IMG/VR virus record: IMGVR_UViG_3300033075_001751
Location: 32,001-96,000 of that record
DNA length: 64,000 nucleotides
From: a virus
Lineage: Duplodnaviria; Caudoviricetes
Reading direction: 5' to 3' (one strand)
Shown here: positions 51,142 through 61,087 of the stretch, piece by piece
How positions within the stretch are numbered: position 1 is the first letter of the stretch
Layout of the letters: every line of letters starts with the position of its first letter
The notes under the pieces: generated by a model
The model's database searches: none
What the model was told of the DNA's origin: nothing
What the model saw: only the letters and a program-made list of their open reading frames with translations
Made by a program: the position numbers and the translations under genes

Positions 51142-51935
51142 AGATTTTTTTTGTGTGCAATCATAGCCTGCACATGTGATTTTAAATAAGGTACTTCGAT
51201 AGAATCCACTCTCAGGACCACAGGATTCCCGTTTGCGTCCATTTTGATGTTGCGCTCTTTGAACTTTCCTTCCTCACCTTCGTCGAATATGACATGGTGA
51301 ATGATCATCTTACCAGGCTTGAGTTTCGGATTGTGGCGCAACACCATATACATATAGAGTGAAAGCTGCAGTGCATAGTGGATGAAGTTGCAGTCATCAA
51401 GATTGTCGATTGGTTTGAGCATTTTCTTTGAAATACCCTCATGATTGACAAATCCTTTTTTCTCGATGGTTTTGGAAGTTTTGTAATCGTCAATGTCGAC
51501 AATTCCGTTGCATACGGTTACGATGTCTCCTTGACCGCACAACGCAGCAGACTCCATGTAACAAAGGTGTTCCGGATAGATTCCATCTTTAAGGATTTGC
51601 GGCGGAGCAAGTTTGATTCCATCTTCCATCACCGGCGCAACTACCGGGATATGAACACCGCGTACCAACCCGCTTCCTTTGTCGTGAGCCTCGGTCTCTT
51701 TCATCAGGTGATACCAGTGACCTGTTTCAAGAGAAAGATCGGATTTTGTTTTCCAGTGTTTGCGAATTTCTTCCGGAGGAATACCATACCACGGAGAAGT
51801 TTTCTTCTTGGATACCAGCTCAGACATCTTTACAGCATCGAAAGGTTGTTTGAATTTGGAAATGAATGTCGTGACACCCATCCAATCAATACCTTTGCCG
51901 GTATAACTGTGATCTTTCTCGTCAAATTTTAGCAT
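51138..51935 (-). CDS. PD-(D/E)xK family exonuclease
   Basis: FDEKDHSY..GVTT...GHWYH...PEH...CGQGD...IDDYKT...HYALQLSLY. Confidence 0.85.
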   Translation of the reverse strand: MLKFDEKDHSYTGKGIDWMGVTTFISKFKQPFDAVKMSELVSKKKTSPWYGIPPEEIRKHWKTKSDLSLETGHWYHLMKETEAHDKGSGLVRGVHIPVVAPVMEDGIKLAPPQILKDGIYPEHLCYMESAALCGQGDIVTVCNGIVDIDDYKTSKTIEKKGFVNHEGISKKMLKPIDNLDDCNFIHYALQLSLYMYMVLRHNPKLKPGKMIIHHVIFDEGEEGKFKERNIKMDANGNPVVLRVDSIEVPYLKSHVQAMIAHKKNL

Positions 51936-52210
51936 GAGCTTGCCTCCCTCGGGTCATTTTCTCCCGATAATGTTTGTTTGATATCGTAGCTACCACCGGT
52001 ATAGCGATTTCCTTTGAAAGCATCTATATCCAACGGAACAAAAGGTTCGGGTTTACTACCATACGGAGGTAAACCGGTTAGAGATGAGATGATACCATGA
52101 CCATTACAAATACCACAGTTTACCATAAGCAACTTAGACGATTCTCGAATCTCTCTTACTGTCTTGTTGCCTTTACACAACGGGCATACTTCCCAGGTGC
52201 TCATATTCAT
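51929..52210 (-). CDS. Zinc-finger protein (DnaJ-type CxxCxGxG)
   Basis: CPLCKGNK...CGICNGHG. Confidence 0.65.
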   Translation of the reverse strand: MNMSTWEVCPLCKGNKTVREIRESSKLLMVNCGICNGHGIISSLTGLPPYGSKPEPFVPLDIDAFKGNRYTGGSYDIKQTLSGENDPREASSC

Positions 52211-52524
52211 TCTGTTGGATTGAAACCGATTTCATTGTAAACTTCTTCCTGCTCATCATCTGTCAGAATGGCTTTCCACTTCTTGTCATCGCACTCCGCA
52301 GCGAGACTTCGTGTTTTTAAAGCTAGTGAACATCCGCACAAACCGCAACAGGGTTGGGTCATCGGTACTTCACACAGGGTACCTTCCACGTCAATGTGAG
52401 GACAACTTGCGCAGATGCTCAAACGGTCCTGAGCTATTGCCTCTACAGAGTCGGTCTTGAAGAGATTGTTCTTCAGACCTTCAAATATCAACTTCCGGTT
52501 CTTCCAAAGCTTGAGTGCTTCCAC
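52207..52524 (-). CDS. Cys-rich zinc-binding protein
   Basis: RLSICASCP...C...CCGLCGCSLALKTRS...C...KW. Confidence 0.7.
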   Translation of the reverse strand: MEALKLWKNRKLIFEGLKNNLFKTDSVEAIAQDRLSICASCPHIDVEGTLCEVPMTQPCCGLCGCSLALKTRSLAAECDDKKWKAILTDDEQEEVYNEIGFNPTE

Positions 52525-52873
52525 TGTTTATTGCCCTCCTAAGTGCTCTTTTTTGTTCAAAAATTTTACGTTGACTCGTAATTTCGTACATGATAGACTC
52601 CAGTCTTTTCACAGTATCGTTTACATTCCTGGTACCATCCGGTCCAATTGCATCGGGATACTTTCTGAATGTACTCAGTCTTTTTTCAATAGCTTTTGGA
52701 ATCGCATCGAAACAACCCAAGTTTGGAATATAAACCTTGGCTCTGTTTCCTTTGTCCAGCTGGTCCTGAATCATCCCCCAGTATTGGTTGAGTATTGCCC
52801 GTACATGCGACTCATCCATACCCGCTTCTTTGGCGAATTCAGGTATAAGATCGTTTGCACGTTGAGGTGTCAT
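52481..52873 (-). CDS. HU/IHF-like DNA-binding protein
   Basis: LIPEFAKEAGM...VRAILNQY...KVYIPNLGCF matches the HU/IHF helix-helix-strand pattern. Confidence 0.65.
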   Translation of the reverse strand: MTPQRANDLIPEFAKEAGMDESHVRAILNQYWGMIQDQLDKGNRAKVYIPNLGCFDAIPKAIEKRLSTFRKYPDAIGPDGTRNVNDTVKRLESIMYEITSQRKIFEQKRALRRAINSGSTQALEEPEVDI

Positions 52874-53244
52874 TCTCTTCTTCCAAATTGATAGGTGAGT
52901 AAAATGTTACCCTCGCTTGCAATTTGAATCGTATTCGCCAATCTGAGAGTTTTCCGGTGTCCGATGTTGTCTTTTACCAGAATTCCTTCTTTTACAGCTT
53001 TATTCAATGCGCAACGGGCGGACATTTCATTTCCGTAAATGTCTTCGTCAAATGCCTCTCGACATATATCCAACAAAGAAACGGTTCCTCTTTGAGCAAT
53101 AATTGCCAAACATGAGCAAAGGGCTTTCGAAAGAATTTTTCCTTGCAAGAAAAAATGAATGTGCAGCTGAAGCTCTACGATTTCACGCAGCTCCAGCATG
53201 ATGCTTCCGGTCGGAGGATGTAGAACTCTGGTCAACTTAGCCAT
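52870..53244 (-). CDS. Putative winged-helix DNA-binding protein
   Basis: SARCALNKAVKEGILVK is a wHTH-like recognition helix and wing. Confidence 0.5.
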   Translation of the reverse strand: MAKLTRVLHPPTGSIMLELREIVELQLHIHFFLQGKILSKALCSCLAIIAQRGTVSLLDICREAFDEDIYGNEMSARCALNKAVKEGILVKDNIGHRKTLRLANTIQIASEGNILLTYQFGRRE

Positions 53245-53245
53245 G

Positions 53246-53458
53246 TCAAGCTTCTTTTTTGTGCAATGATGCCAGGTTTTCCTGTTCTTCGATCAGTCTT
53301 TCACGCATCTTGTTCAGCTGCATGATTTCAACTTCACATTTCAGATAATCACGGTATGGCGAAAGTAATTCAAGTTCTTGTTTGTAGAACTCTGCTTGCT
53401 CTTTCATTTTTTCCCGTCGTTTTGCAGCTGCTTCAGCGGTTTCTTTTTTCGTAGACAT
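53246..53458 (-). CDS. Small coiled-coil protein
   Basis: Likely start MSTKKE at 53458; charged helical sequence. Confidence 0.6.
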   Translation of the reverse strand: MSTKKETAEAAAKRREKMKEQAEFYKQELELLSPYRDYLKCEVEIMQLNKMRERLIEEQENLASLHKKEA

Positions 53459-53473
53459 CGTGTATATTTTTCT

Positions 53474-53481
53474 CAAATATA
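53474..53481 (-). promoter_or_regulatory. Bacteroidota-type -7 promoter element (TATATTTG)
   Basis: Exact TAnnTTTG match 15 nt upstream of the 53458 start. Confidence 0.5.
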
Positions 53482-53504
53482 CATAAAAGAAATTTACATG
53501 CAAC

Positions 53505-53948
53505 TTACATGATCCTCCACATGTCGCGCTCGTTACGACGTTGTTCCTGAAGATTGATTTGTTTCAAAAGAGACGGATAGACAATCCATCTTACCAAAAC
53601 AGCTCCCACAATGACACACACGACCTCATCCCAAAATGCCCGGTGTCCCCAGGGATTGATTCCCAACATTTGGATTACATCGATAGCTGCAAGAATGTTG
53701 ATGAAGTGTAAAAGTAATTTGGTTCGCAACCATTCAGGACCAAGTACAATCGGCTTGTAAACTTCAATCGGAATGCGCGTCCACAAAAAAAGTTGCAAAT
53801 ACTGAAAAAAAAAGCCCGACCAGGTATACCATAGGTCGGACTGCGGAAACAAAATTCCTTCAAAACATTCGTATGCTGAGAAGCCAAAGCCGCACAACCA
53901 GCCCATCAATCCTAGTAGGAATACTCTGACAAGGTTGATGTCACGCAT
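53505..53948 (-). CDS. Multi-pass membrane protein (lysis-module candidate)
   Basis: About 4 hydrophobic segments and a charged C-terminal tail. Confidence 0.55.
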   Translation of the reverse strand: MRDINLVRVFLLGLMGWLCGFGFSAYECFEGILFPQSDLWYTWSGFFFQYLQLFLWTRIPIEVYKPIVLGPEWLRTKLLLHFINILAAIDVIQMLGINPWGHRAFWDEVVCVIVGAVLVRWIVYPSLLKQINLQEQRRNERDMWRIM

Positions 53949-53949
53949 T

Positions 53950-54252
53950 TTATGTGGGTCTTACCACACGGATTGGTGCGCCGGGGGATCCTAGCTTCGG
54001 ATAACAAGAAAAATCATTCCATACTGCAGCAGCAAGAGTGTTAAATTCTACGGTTGTCATACCGTTCAGTTCTGCAGCAACTTGGTCCCGCCAAGACGAA
54101 CTGTGATCTGCTCCGGAACAATTTCCGTTTGGAACTATGATCACATCGTAAAGAAGAACCGGAGCGTCGGCAAGAACACAACCGTCAAATCCATTGAGAT
54201 ACGCTGCATCTGCTTTGGACAGTTCTTTGATTTTATTTTTCAGTGTAGCCAT
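53950..54252 (-). CDS. Hypothetical protein (100 aa)
   Basis: Tightly packed ORF in the operon. Confidence 0.6.
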   Translation of the reverse strand: MATLKNKIKELSKADAAYLNGFDGCVLADAPVLLYDVIIVPNGNCSGADHSSSWRDQVAAELNGMTTVEFNTLAAAVWNDFSCYPKLGSPGAPIRVVRPT

Positions 54253-54257
54253 AGCGA

Positions 54258-54524
54258 TCAGAATTTTGCTTTCAACTTGCTTTCGCCATTTCCTTCGTGA
54301 TCTCCTTGGTCAATTCGATTGACATCTTTTCGGAGGTATTCGATGTCTTTGTCACGTCTGGCATCCTCGATGTCTTTGAGATCGATTCTTTCCCGGAGCT
54401 TCTTAATTTGAGCAATGGCAAGACGCACCATAGCACCAAAGCTAGCAATAATGAGTAATATATCAAGCTTTCCATCTTTATAAAACTTCGTGAGTAACTC
54501 GGGTATAACTTCTAATATTTCCAT
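54258..54524 (-). CDS. Holin-like protein (1 TM plus coiled coil)
   Basis: ILLIIASFGAMVRLAI followed by a highly charged coiled coil. Confidence 0.45.
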   Translation of the reverse strand: MEILEVIPELLTKFYKDGKLDILLIIASFGAMVRLAIAQIKKLRERIDLKDIEDARRDKDIEYLRKDVNRIDQGDHEGNGESKLKAKF

Positions 54525-54599
54525 TGTGGCAAAATTTACGTTAGATAGTTCGACAAGTAGTGTGATTCTTAAAGATGATCTATTAACGTAATTTAAACT

Positions 54600-56165
54600 T
54601 TAAAGCGCAAATGTTTTTCGCTTATATTTTCCTTGAATCCGGATTGGACTATTTCCGCCAGTTTGATTTCCATGATTAGCCAGTTTAAACATGATACGTT
54701 CGCCTACACCTGTACGCGGAAGCGCACCAGAAACGTTCATTTGAGGCATTGCCGCAGGATTGACAGTATCTCCTGCATAATTCAATCCGGTGTTTTGCAA
54801 AGCAGCCAGCAAAGTAGCAGTTCCAGTTCCCGGTAAATGAGAATAAAATCCTGCCGGTGAAGCCATGGTGTATGCCGTACCTTGATAAAAAAGCAAACAT
54901 TCAAATTCCCAATAGCTGAAATACGTTCCCGCAATCGCAGGTACTATTTCAAATCCTCCTGTGATAGTCCATGCAAGATTGTTCAAAAGGTTAGCTGAAC
55001 TGAAATTGAGCTTGATATACTGATATCCGTCCAGTGTCCATGTCGGATAGGTCAAAGTTTCAGTACTCGTGTCATTTTCCGTGACATACATATCGGCAAT
55101 TGCCGTTGTAACTGTTTTTCCGGTAAACGATTTGAAACTTTCAACGTTAATGTTGATGAGGGATGCGCCAGCTGTTGTTACTGAAAATACAGAATTGATA
55201 CCGAGTTTTATTCCGGCAAACTGTGCTGTTGCAGCAGTTGTAACAAGCGTCAATGAAGATCCTGTTTTACATTCATGGTTGAAACAAAACGACACTGCGA
55301 TGTTAATAGCCAAAAACCTGCAATTGTCAAGTTTACAACCTGTATAGTTTGATCGACCCCACGGGAAATAATCAAACGGAGCAGCGGAATACCCCCATGC
55401 AAAAAGCGTATTGATCGCTTTTGTCAATCTCCAAAAATTTCCAAAATCATCGAATCTTGCTTGCAACCATCCGTTTGGAACATCGTATTCGATTGCGTTT
55501 GATGAACCGATGTACCCGGCTGTTGAGCTTTTCAAAAGCAATTGGTAAGCCGGCGAAACACCAGGCTCCGTTCCATCGGTAACTGTCGAGTCGACACATT
55601 GATATTGCCGGTGTCCCAAAGCGGCTGTTGCCCATATCACTACATCACCAGTAATTGTTTTGGATCCAACTACCGTAGCGTCACATGTAACACTACCGTT
55701 TCCTATGACATCTCCGATCAATGGTAAATTTCCTACTGTCGAATAAACAGTCATTGAATCAACGCCATTGTCGGAAATAATAATACCATTCCATCCGCTC
55801 GTGCCCGTCACAGCGTCGCCAACGGCAAACGTGCCGCCGTTAAGGTTGTTGTATGTAATCGTAAAGCCTTCAAGAGCGTTGTTCCAAATGCCGCTATTTG
55901 TGCCGCCGAAAACCACACCTGTTTCTGCTGCAACGCCAGTGTACACACCAACACTTTGCCAGTCGCAGTTCAAAAACAAACCGAATCCGTTTTGCGCTAT
56001 CTGTGAACTTGACGAACAGAACAACCATCCTCCCTCATCGCAAATATCAGTTACCAGTACCCATTTTCCGGCTGGCAAAGTTCCGTTTGACTGACTGGTT
56101 TGCAACTCGGTCAACGTCATTTCAATGGACGAAGGAGCAAACAGATTAACTGATGTAGTTGCCAT
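54600..56165 (-). CDS. Tail fibre/spike-like protein (521 aa)
   Basis: MTLTELQTSQSNGTLPAGKWVLVTD fibre-type N-terminus; Thr/Gly/Asn-rich beta-structured body. Confidence 0.6.
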   Translation of the reverse strand: MATTSVNLFAPSSIEMTLTELQTSQSNGTLPAGKWVLVTDICDEGGWLFCSSSSQIAQNGFGLFLNCDWQSVGVYTGVAAETGVVFGGTNSGIWNNALEGFTITYNNLNGGTFAVGDAVTGTSGWNGIIISDNGVDSMTVYSTVGNLPLIGDVIGNGSVTCDATVVGSKTITGDVVIWATAALGHRQYQCVDSTVTDGTEPGVSPAYQLLLKSSTAGYIGSSNAIEYDVPNGWLQARFDDFGNFWRLTKAINTLFAWGYSAAPFDYFPWGRSNYTGCKLDNCRFLAINIAVSFCFNHECKTGSSLTLVTTAATAQFAGIKLGINSVFSVTTAGASLININVESFKSFTGKTVTTAIADMYVTENDTSTETLTYPTWTLDGYQYIKLNFSSANLLNNLAWTITGGFEIVPAIAGTYFSYWEFECLLFYQGTAYTMASPAGFYSHLPGTGTATLLAALQNTGLNYAGDTVNPAAMPQMNVSGALPRTGVGERIMFKLANHGNQTGGNSPIRIQGKYKRKTFAL

Positions 56166-56503
56166 TACCGTGAAGTTGAAATTAACAATTCTGAAGCTTG
56201 GGGATCGAATACAACAGCATCAAGAGTTTCTCCGGGCAATGATGTACCCCAGGATACACCTTCTTTTGTTTTGACTACTGCTCCCTGCACGATAGCATCT
56301 GAACTACCTGTGTTTACAATTGACACTGCTTTTGCACCAGCAGCGATAGTTCCGGAACCAGAAACCCTTTGTAAAGTAGTAACAACGGTAACTGGAGTTG
56401 CCGGCGTTGCTCCTGAAAGCAAATCTTTAATTGCTTGCAAAAGACGGAATGCGTTGATTTCGAAGTTGAACGTACCAGCTTTATGAGGTGTTTTTGGTCC
56501 CAT
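56165..56503 (-). CDS. Small structural protein (fibre/decoration-associated)
   Basis: First gene of the minus-strand block, beta-rich, coupled to the fibre gene. Confidence 0.55.
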   Translation of the reverse strand: MGPKTPHKAGTFNFEINAFRLLQAIKDLLSGATPATPVTVVTTLQRVSGSGTIAAGAKAVSIVNTGSSDAIVQGAVVKTKEGVSWGTSLPGETLDAVVFDPQASELLISTSR

Positions 56504-56520
56504 CGGTGCACTATTTTTGC

Positions 56521-56599
56521 CGAATATACTTGAACAGGTTGAATTGCAATGGATTTTGAAGATTGAAAATTCAAAAATGTTTTGTACTAAGTATATTTG
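56521..56599. promoter_or_regulatory. Divergent promoter region: TATATTCG (- strand, 56521-56528) and TATATTTG (+ strand, 56592-56599)
   Basis: AT-rich strand-switch gap with TAnnTT(T/C)G elements facing each flanking gene. Confidence 0.55.
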
Positions 56600-56622
56600 A
56601 AAAGTGTATATTTATGAAATAT

Positions 56623-57030
56623 ATGAAAAAAGAACAGTTTGAAAAAGTATTGGATTTGATCAATGGAGACCCTGCCGAGAGAGCTCTTGCTTTTGAAATG
56701 ATGTCAAATTTTACATTGGGTGACATTTTTGATTTGCTCAAACGGGTTTTTATCAAAGGATTCAACTTTACATGGAAGCACTTGGGTATAGAATTAGATG
56801 CCCGGAATTGGTTTATCTTCCGTTTTTTCAATCTTCCAGAAGGTTACCATCAAAGTACTTTCCGATGGGCTTACTGGGACATCTCGACAATAAGGTGGAT
56901 CAATCAAAATCGAGATCGGAAGCCTGACAGGACTGTTCCCTTTGTCATCGGTCATGAAGGATATTGGGTGAGTCAAAATGAATTTGACGTATTTATCAAA
57001 AACAGCAATGAAAAAGGAATACCCCGTTGA
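56623..57030 (+). CDS. Paralog array member 1
   Basis: MKKEQFEKVLDLINGDPAERALAFEMM. Confidence 0.75.
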   Translation: MKKEQFEKVLDLINGDPAERALAFEMMSNFTLGDIFDLLKRVFIKGFNFTWKHLGIELDARNWFIFRFFNLPEGYHQSTFRWAYWDISTIRWINQNRDRKPDRTVPFVIGHEGYWVSQNEFDVFIKNSNEKGIPR

Positions 57031-57418
57031 TAAAATCAAAGAGATGCTGCTCAGTGAAAGTGAAGCAGAACATACCCTGGCTGTTTGCATGATCAAGCAG
57101 TACATGAAGTTGGGAGAAGCTGTAGAGGTGCTGAATGTTACCAGACCTTCCTACTCCGACAGTGATCTTTCAAGGATCTGTGTAATTCTTTCAATCTATC
57201 CGTTGCCTTACCGAATGGTAAAATGTGTTCCTTTTTGGAACGAACTTGTAATGTGGGCGGCAAAGTCTCCTAATAAAAGAGCATCCAAAAGCGATGCCAG
57301 TAAACGGTTATGTGAAAGAGCTGTTCGCCGGTTTATCAGATTACAGATCCACACTCGTGAAACAAAAGAAAGACTTCTTCGGATTGTATCACTTCCTTTA
57401 GAACCGACACATGGCTGA
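57008..57418 (+). CDS. Paralog array member 2
   Basis: MKKEYPVDKIKEMLLSESEAEHTLAVCMI. Confidence 0.75.
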   Translation: MKKEYPVDKIKEMLLSESEAEHTLAVCMIKQYMKLGEAVEVLNVTRPSYSDSDLSRICVILSIYPLPYRMVKCVPFWNELVMWAAKSPNKRASKSDASKRLCERAVRRFIRLQIHTRETKERLLRIVSLPLEPTHG

Positions 57419-57746
57419 TCCACAAAAAATAATTGAACTATTGGAATCTTCCGATCCTGACGAATGTAGGCTTGGGTTGAAACTTCATGCGCAACTTGAA
57501 TGTAAGGGAGGATTGTTGATGACAATGGCTGAGAATAGAGCTAACGCTACAATAGAGTTTGCGGAAATGTCTCTTGCTGACAGAATGAAACCGTTGCAAC
57601 ACTTCCTCAATAAGACCATGTATGGTATTGAAGACAAATTTCATACGATCATTACAGGGAAGAAAGGTCTTCAAAACATACGCGATTTACTGAAAAAGGA
57701 GATTGACAATGAAACAAGAAATACAGAAGATAATCGAGCTGATTGA
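57411..57746 (+). CDS. Paralog array member 3
   Basis: MADPQKIIELLESSDPDECRLGLKL. Confidence 0.8.
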   Translation: MADPQKIIELLESSDPDECRLGLKLHAQLECKGGLLMTMAENRANATIEFAEMSLADRMKPLQHFLNKTMYGIEDKFHTIITGKKGLQNIRDLLKKEIDNETRNTEDNRAD

Positions 57747-58203
57747 TGCTCGTAATCCTACTGACAATGCGCTTGGTAAGCTTTTGATGCAACAGCTTAC
57801 CCTTTCCGAAGCTTGGATAGTGTGCAACAACACGATCAAAGCCCGCAAGATCAATACGGTTAGGTTTCTTTTTGACATGTTCGATCCCCGGACTTATCCG
57901 TTTAACCGGAGCAAACATATCTTGCAGTGGTCCAAAATCGGTGAATGGGTTCAGGAGAATCCCGACCAGAAAGCATGTCTACGTCAAGACCGGAAATGGG
58001 ATTTGTCAACCGAAGTGAAGTATAAGGTTTGCAAAATGGTAACCAATACCCGCGAACCTCATCTTGGAGAACAGATGATTTTGGCTCAGTACGGCAAGTT
58101 TGTAAAAGAGACCCGGGATTTTTACGTGTTCGATGCAGGGAAAGATGGAGTGTTTAAAGTAGGAAGGGTTACATTGATATCTATTGATCCGGTAAAACCA
58201 TGA
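57709..58203 (+). CDS. Paralog array member 4
   Basis: MKQEIQKIIELIDARNPTDNALGKLLM. Confidence 0.8.
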   Translation: MKQEIQKIIELIDARNPTDNALGKLLMQQLTLSEAWIVCNNTIKARKINTVRFLFDMFDPRTYPFNRSKHILQWSKIGEWVQENPDQKACLRQDRKWDLSTEVKYKVCKMVTNTREPHLGEQMILAQYGKFVKETRDFYVFDAGKDGVFKVGRVTLISIDPVKP

Positions 58204-58583
58204 CAGAGCAAGAAAGAAAAATACTTGATCTGGTGTTTTCAGACGACTTGGATGAAATGGTACTCGGCGTGCAGATGCTCAAACCTTTGACCTGCAAGGA
58301 ATGTTGGTTGTTTTTGAATCACCTGTGGTTGGAGTATCCCTGGTGTTCCAAATCGGAACGAGCCAAACGAATCATCTGGTCGCTGTATCCCAACGATTTT
58401 TCAGGTGACAGCAAACTTTTACTTGATGCAATGGGATGGGATGACCAGGTAAAAACGTGGGCTTTCAAAAATCCAGATCTGAAACATGATCCTGTTTGGA
58501 AATTTTGTGTACCCGCTTGGTTGAGTCCAGATGATACTGCGGAATATAGACGATTGAGAGTCAATGTCGATATAAAAATATGA
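58200..58583 (+). CDS. Paralog array member 5
   Basis: MTEQERKILDLVFSDDLDEMVLGVQML. Confidence 0.8.
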   Translation: MTEQERKILDLVFSDDLDEMVLGVQMLKPLTCKECWLFLNHLWLEYPWCSKSERAKRIIWSLYPNDFSGDSKLLLDAMGWDDQVKTWAFKNPDLKHDPVWKFCVPAWLSPDDTAEYRRLRVNVDIKI

Positions 58584-59104
58584 TTGATACACAGAAAATT
58601 CGTGAGTTGCTGATAAGCGATTCCGAAAGCGACGTAAAACTTGGTTTGCAGATCATGGCGAATCGCGATCACACATCTGCTTTTCGAGACCACAAGCCGG
58701 AGCTGTGGTTAGCGGGTAAAAAAGATGTACTGTGCGACCGAATATTGTACGGTAAAAACGGAGTCTTTATCAATTCCTGTTTTGTCCAGTTTCATGAACA
58801 TGACGTTACTATCGGATCTGAGCCTGATTGGTGGATTGTAGAGGAACGTACCGGCAAAGTCATTGAAAAGTACGATGTTATTGATTTGCACGAAGGATAT
58901 GCTCTTAGTCATGACACTGAAATTCATCTTGACTTTTGGAGTAGAATACGAGTTTTGTTTGGAGCCAGGTTTTTTATGAAACATGAATGCAGTACCGATA
59001 AGATGGTCTGTGTGAGTAAAGGCAAGGCAACAATTACAATCGGTAAACCTAAACGAATGATTCATCAGATGGAAAGTTTCAATCAATCAGGACCACAGTC
59101 ATGA
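58580..59104 (+). CDS. Paralog array member 6
   Basis: MIDTQKIRELLISDSESDVKLGLQIM. Confidence 0.8.
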   Translation: MIDTQKIRELLISDSESDVKLGLQIMANRDHTSAFRDHKPELWLAGKKDVLCDRILYGKNGVFINSCFVQFHEHDVTIGSEPDWWIVEERTGKVIEKYDVIDLHEGYALSHDTEIHLDFWSRIRVLFGARFFMKHECSTDKMVCVSKGKATITIGKPKRMIHQMESFNQSGPQS

Positions 59105-59550
59105 AGAAAGAAGACGTTGATAAGATCATTGAAATGCTGGACTCTCGTGATACAGACCAAATCGCATTGGCAAGATTAATGCTGGAACAGGTTTTGCCGA
59201 CACTTCCTAAATTCAGTCAAGAAATGATGACGGGTCATAAAGATTGGTTGGTGATTACGGTATTTCAAGATCATAAAAAACTTTGGTGTGTTGCAAAAAA
59301 TCAGATTTGGTTTGCTGATACTAAATTAAATGATCAACCTCTCTTGTACATGGAAAAAAAACCTTATACAAATCAAGGTAATGCCCTTGAAATATATCCT
59401 GCAATAGAATTTGATGCGAGTGGAATTTGGGTGAAAAATCCAACTCGCACTGGCGATATTACAATGAAAAGTATACATCCTAAGCCTCTGCTTCAATCCC
59501 ATAGATTTACAATCTTGGATTTTTCCGAGGATAATATTACCAAGATATGA
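59101..59550 (+). CDS. Paralog array member 7
   Basis: MKKEDVDKIIEMLDSRDTDQIALARLML. Confidence 0.8.
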   Translation: MKKEDVDKIIEMLDSRDTDQIALARLMLEQVLPTLPKFSQEMMTGHKDWLVITVFQDHKKLWCVAKNQIWFADTKLNDQPLLYMEKKPYTNQGNALEIYPAIEFDASGIWVKNPTRTGDITMKSIHPKPLLQSHRFTILDFSEDNITKI

Positions 59551-59858
59551 ATGATCAATTGCAAAAGATACATGATCTTTTAGAATCAGAGAATATTGAT
59601 GAAAGAAGGTTGGGAAAACAACTAATTAGAACTTATTTACAAACTGCTGATAAGCCTGATGTGAGCATGTTGGTTGTCGGAGCAGCCTATGATGTTACAG
59701 GTGTTGTGTGGGAAAAAGGTGTAATACCTTGCATCAAAACCGCAACTAGAATATTTAAAGGATTCTCAGCAAACGGACAACTTATTACTTTCAATACTTC
59801 TGAAGGTTTTTTTGTTGATCGTATCTTATCAATTTCACCTGCATCAAGTGTTGTATGA
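59547..59858 (+). CDS. Paralog array member 8
   Basis: MNDQLQKIHDLLESENIDERRLGKQLI...LVVGAAYDV...ILSISP. Confidence 0.8.
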   Translation: MNDQLQKIHDLLESENIDERRLGKQLIRTYLQTADKPDVSMLVVGAAYDVTGVVWEKGVIPCIKTATRIFKGFSANGQLITFNTSEGFFVDRILSISPASSVV

Positions 59859-60202
59859 ACGAACAATTAGTCAAGATAGAAGAACTCTTGAGAGCAAATG
59901 AGTCTCGTGATTTGGGACAAAGATTGCTCAAGATGTACATGGATCAGATGACATTGTTGGATTTCAAGTCATTTGAGATTGGAAAGAAATACAATCTGCT
60001 TATTGGAATGAATCCTGATACATTAGGTTTCGATATTTATTGCCACCCTCTTATGCGGTTTGAGTATTACCGAAAATTCACGAACAGTGAACATGTCATG
60101 TTGACATTTACCTCACCAGATAGTAAAGTTCACTTTATACGACTGGATACTATTCTTGCTATCAAGGAAGTTCCGACTAACACATTTGTACCTATAGGAT
60201 GA
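59855..60202 (+). CDS. Paralog array member 9
   Basis: MNEQLVKIEELLRANESRDLGQRLL...FEIGKKYNL...ILAIKEVP. Confidence 0.8.
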   Translation: MNEQLVKIEELLRANESRDLGQRLLKMYMDQMTLLDFKSFEIGKKYNLLIGMNPDTLGFDIYCHPLMRFEYYRKFTNSEHVMLTFTSPDSKVHFIRLDTILAIKEVPTNTFVPIG

Positions 60203-60453
60203 AAGAGCAGCTTGACAAGATTATTGAAATGCCGTATGAACAGCGTCAACTAGCTCACGATCTGCTCAGGATTATTGTTCGTAATAATCGACCTGTTTCC
60301 ATGGGAGAGTTGTCACGCGCAAGAAGATATCGGTTTTATATGATCAGTCATAATCAAGGATTATTAACTGTTAATGTAATGGATTGTAATCCTTTTGCTC
60401 TTAGTGCCCCTTTTGGTGTAGAATGGATCATTATTCACGCAGAAGAAATATGA
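60199..60453 (+). CDS. Paralog array member 10
   Basis: MKEQLDKIIEMPYEQRQLAHDLL...IIIHAEEI. Confidence 0.75.
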   Translation: MKEQLDKIIEMPYEQRQLAHDLLRIIVRNNRPVSMGELSRARRYRFYMISHNQGLLTVNVMDCNPFALSAPFGVEWIIIHAEEI

Positions 60454-60770
60454 AAGAACAACTTGAAAAAGTAATAGAGATGCTCAATTCTTCGAATCAT
60501 AATGAGAAATTACTGGGTATTCAATTTATTGAAAACTTGAGAGCTACACTGAACTCCACTGTATTTGTACCGGTTCGATATCGTTTGTATTACATAACAT
60601 CATTTACGTTTCTTAGACAGCATAGCGGTAAAGACTACGATCAAACGATATTGGCGGTGAGCTGTACAGAAGCTCAATGGTCTGGATGGAAGACAAGTTC
60701 CCTTACAGGAGATCGTGAACCTATTTTTAATACAACTGTAACCGGTGTCATAGCCGCAGAAAGAATATGA
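60450..60770 (+). CDS. Paralog array member 11
   Basis: MKEQLEKVIEMLNSSNHNEKLLGIQFI...VIAAERI. Confidence 0.8.
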   Translation: MKEQLEKVIEMLNSSNHNEKLLGIQFIENLRATLNSTVFVPVRYRLYYITSFTFLRQHSGKDYDQTILAVSCTEAQWSGWKTSSLTGDREPIFNTTVTGVIAAERI

Positions 60771-61087
60771 AAGAAGAGTTTGTCAAGATATCTGAACTAC
60801 TGCGTTCTAAAAATGTTGCAGATGTAGAGTTAGCCTGGCTTTTGATCAACAATTATACTGCTGCTCATCGTCCCTCGGCTATCTCTTTGGAAGAAGATAA
60901 ATCTTATCTTATTACTCGGGCAAGCATGGAAGGAAAAATATATCGCGATGAACAGATTTACAAAAGTCGAGAAAAGCTCAATTTCGTAAATGTGCTTCAT
61001 ATAATAAACCCTTCTTCTAATACACACTGGTACATTAGAGAGCACTGGATACTGGAAATCGTACCTCATGATTTGGAAACACAATGA
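60767..61087 (+). CDS. Paralog array member 12
   Basis: MKEEFVKISELLRSKNVADVELAWLLI...LEEDKSYLI...ILEIVP. Confidence 0.8.
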   Translation: MKEEFVKISELLRSKNVADVELAWLLINNYTAAHRPSAISLEEDKSYLITRASMEGKIYRDEQIYKSREKLNFVNVLHIINPSSNTHWYIREHWILEIVPHDLETQ

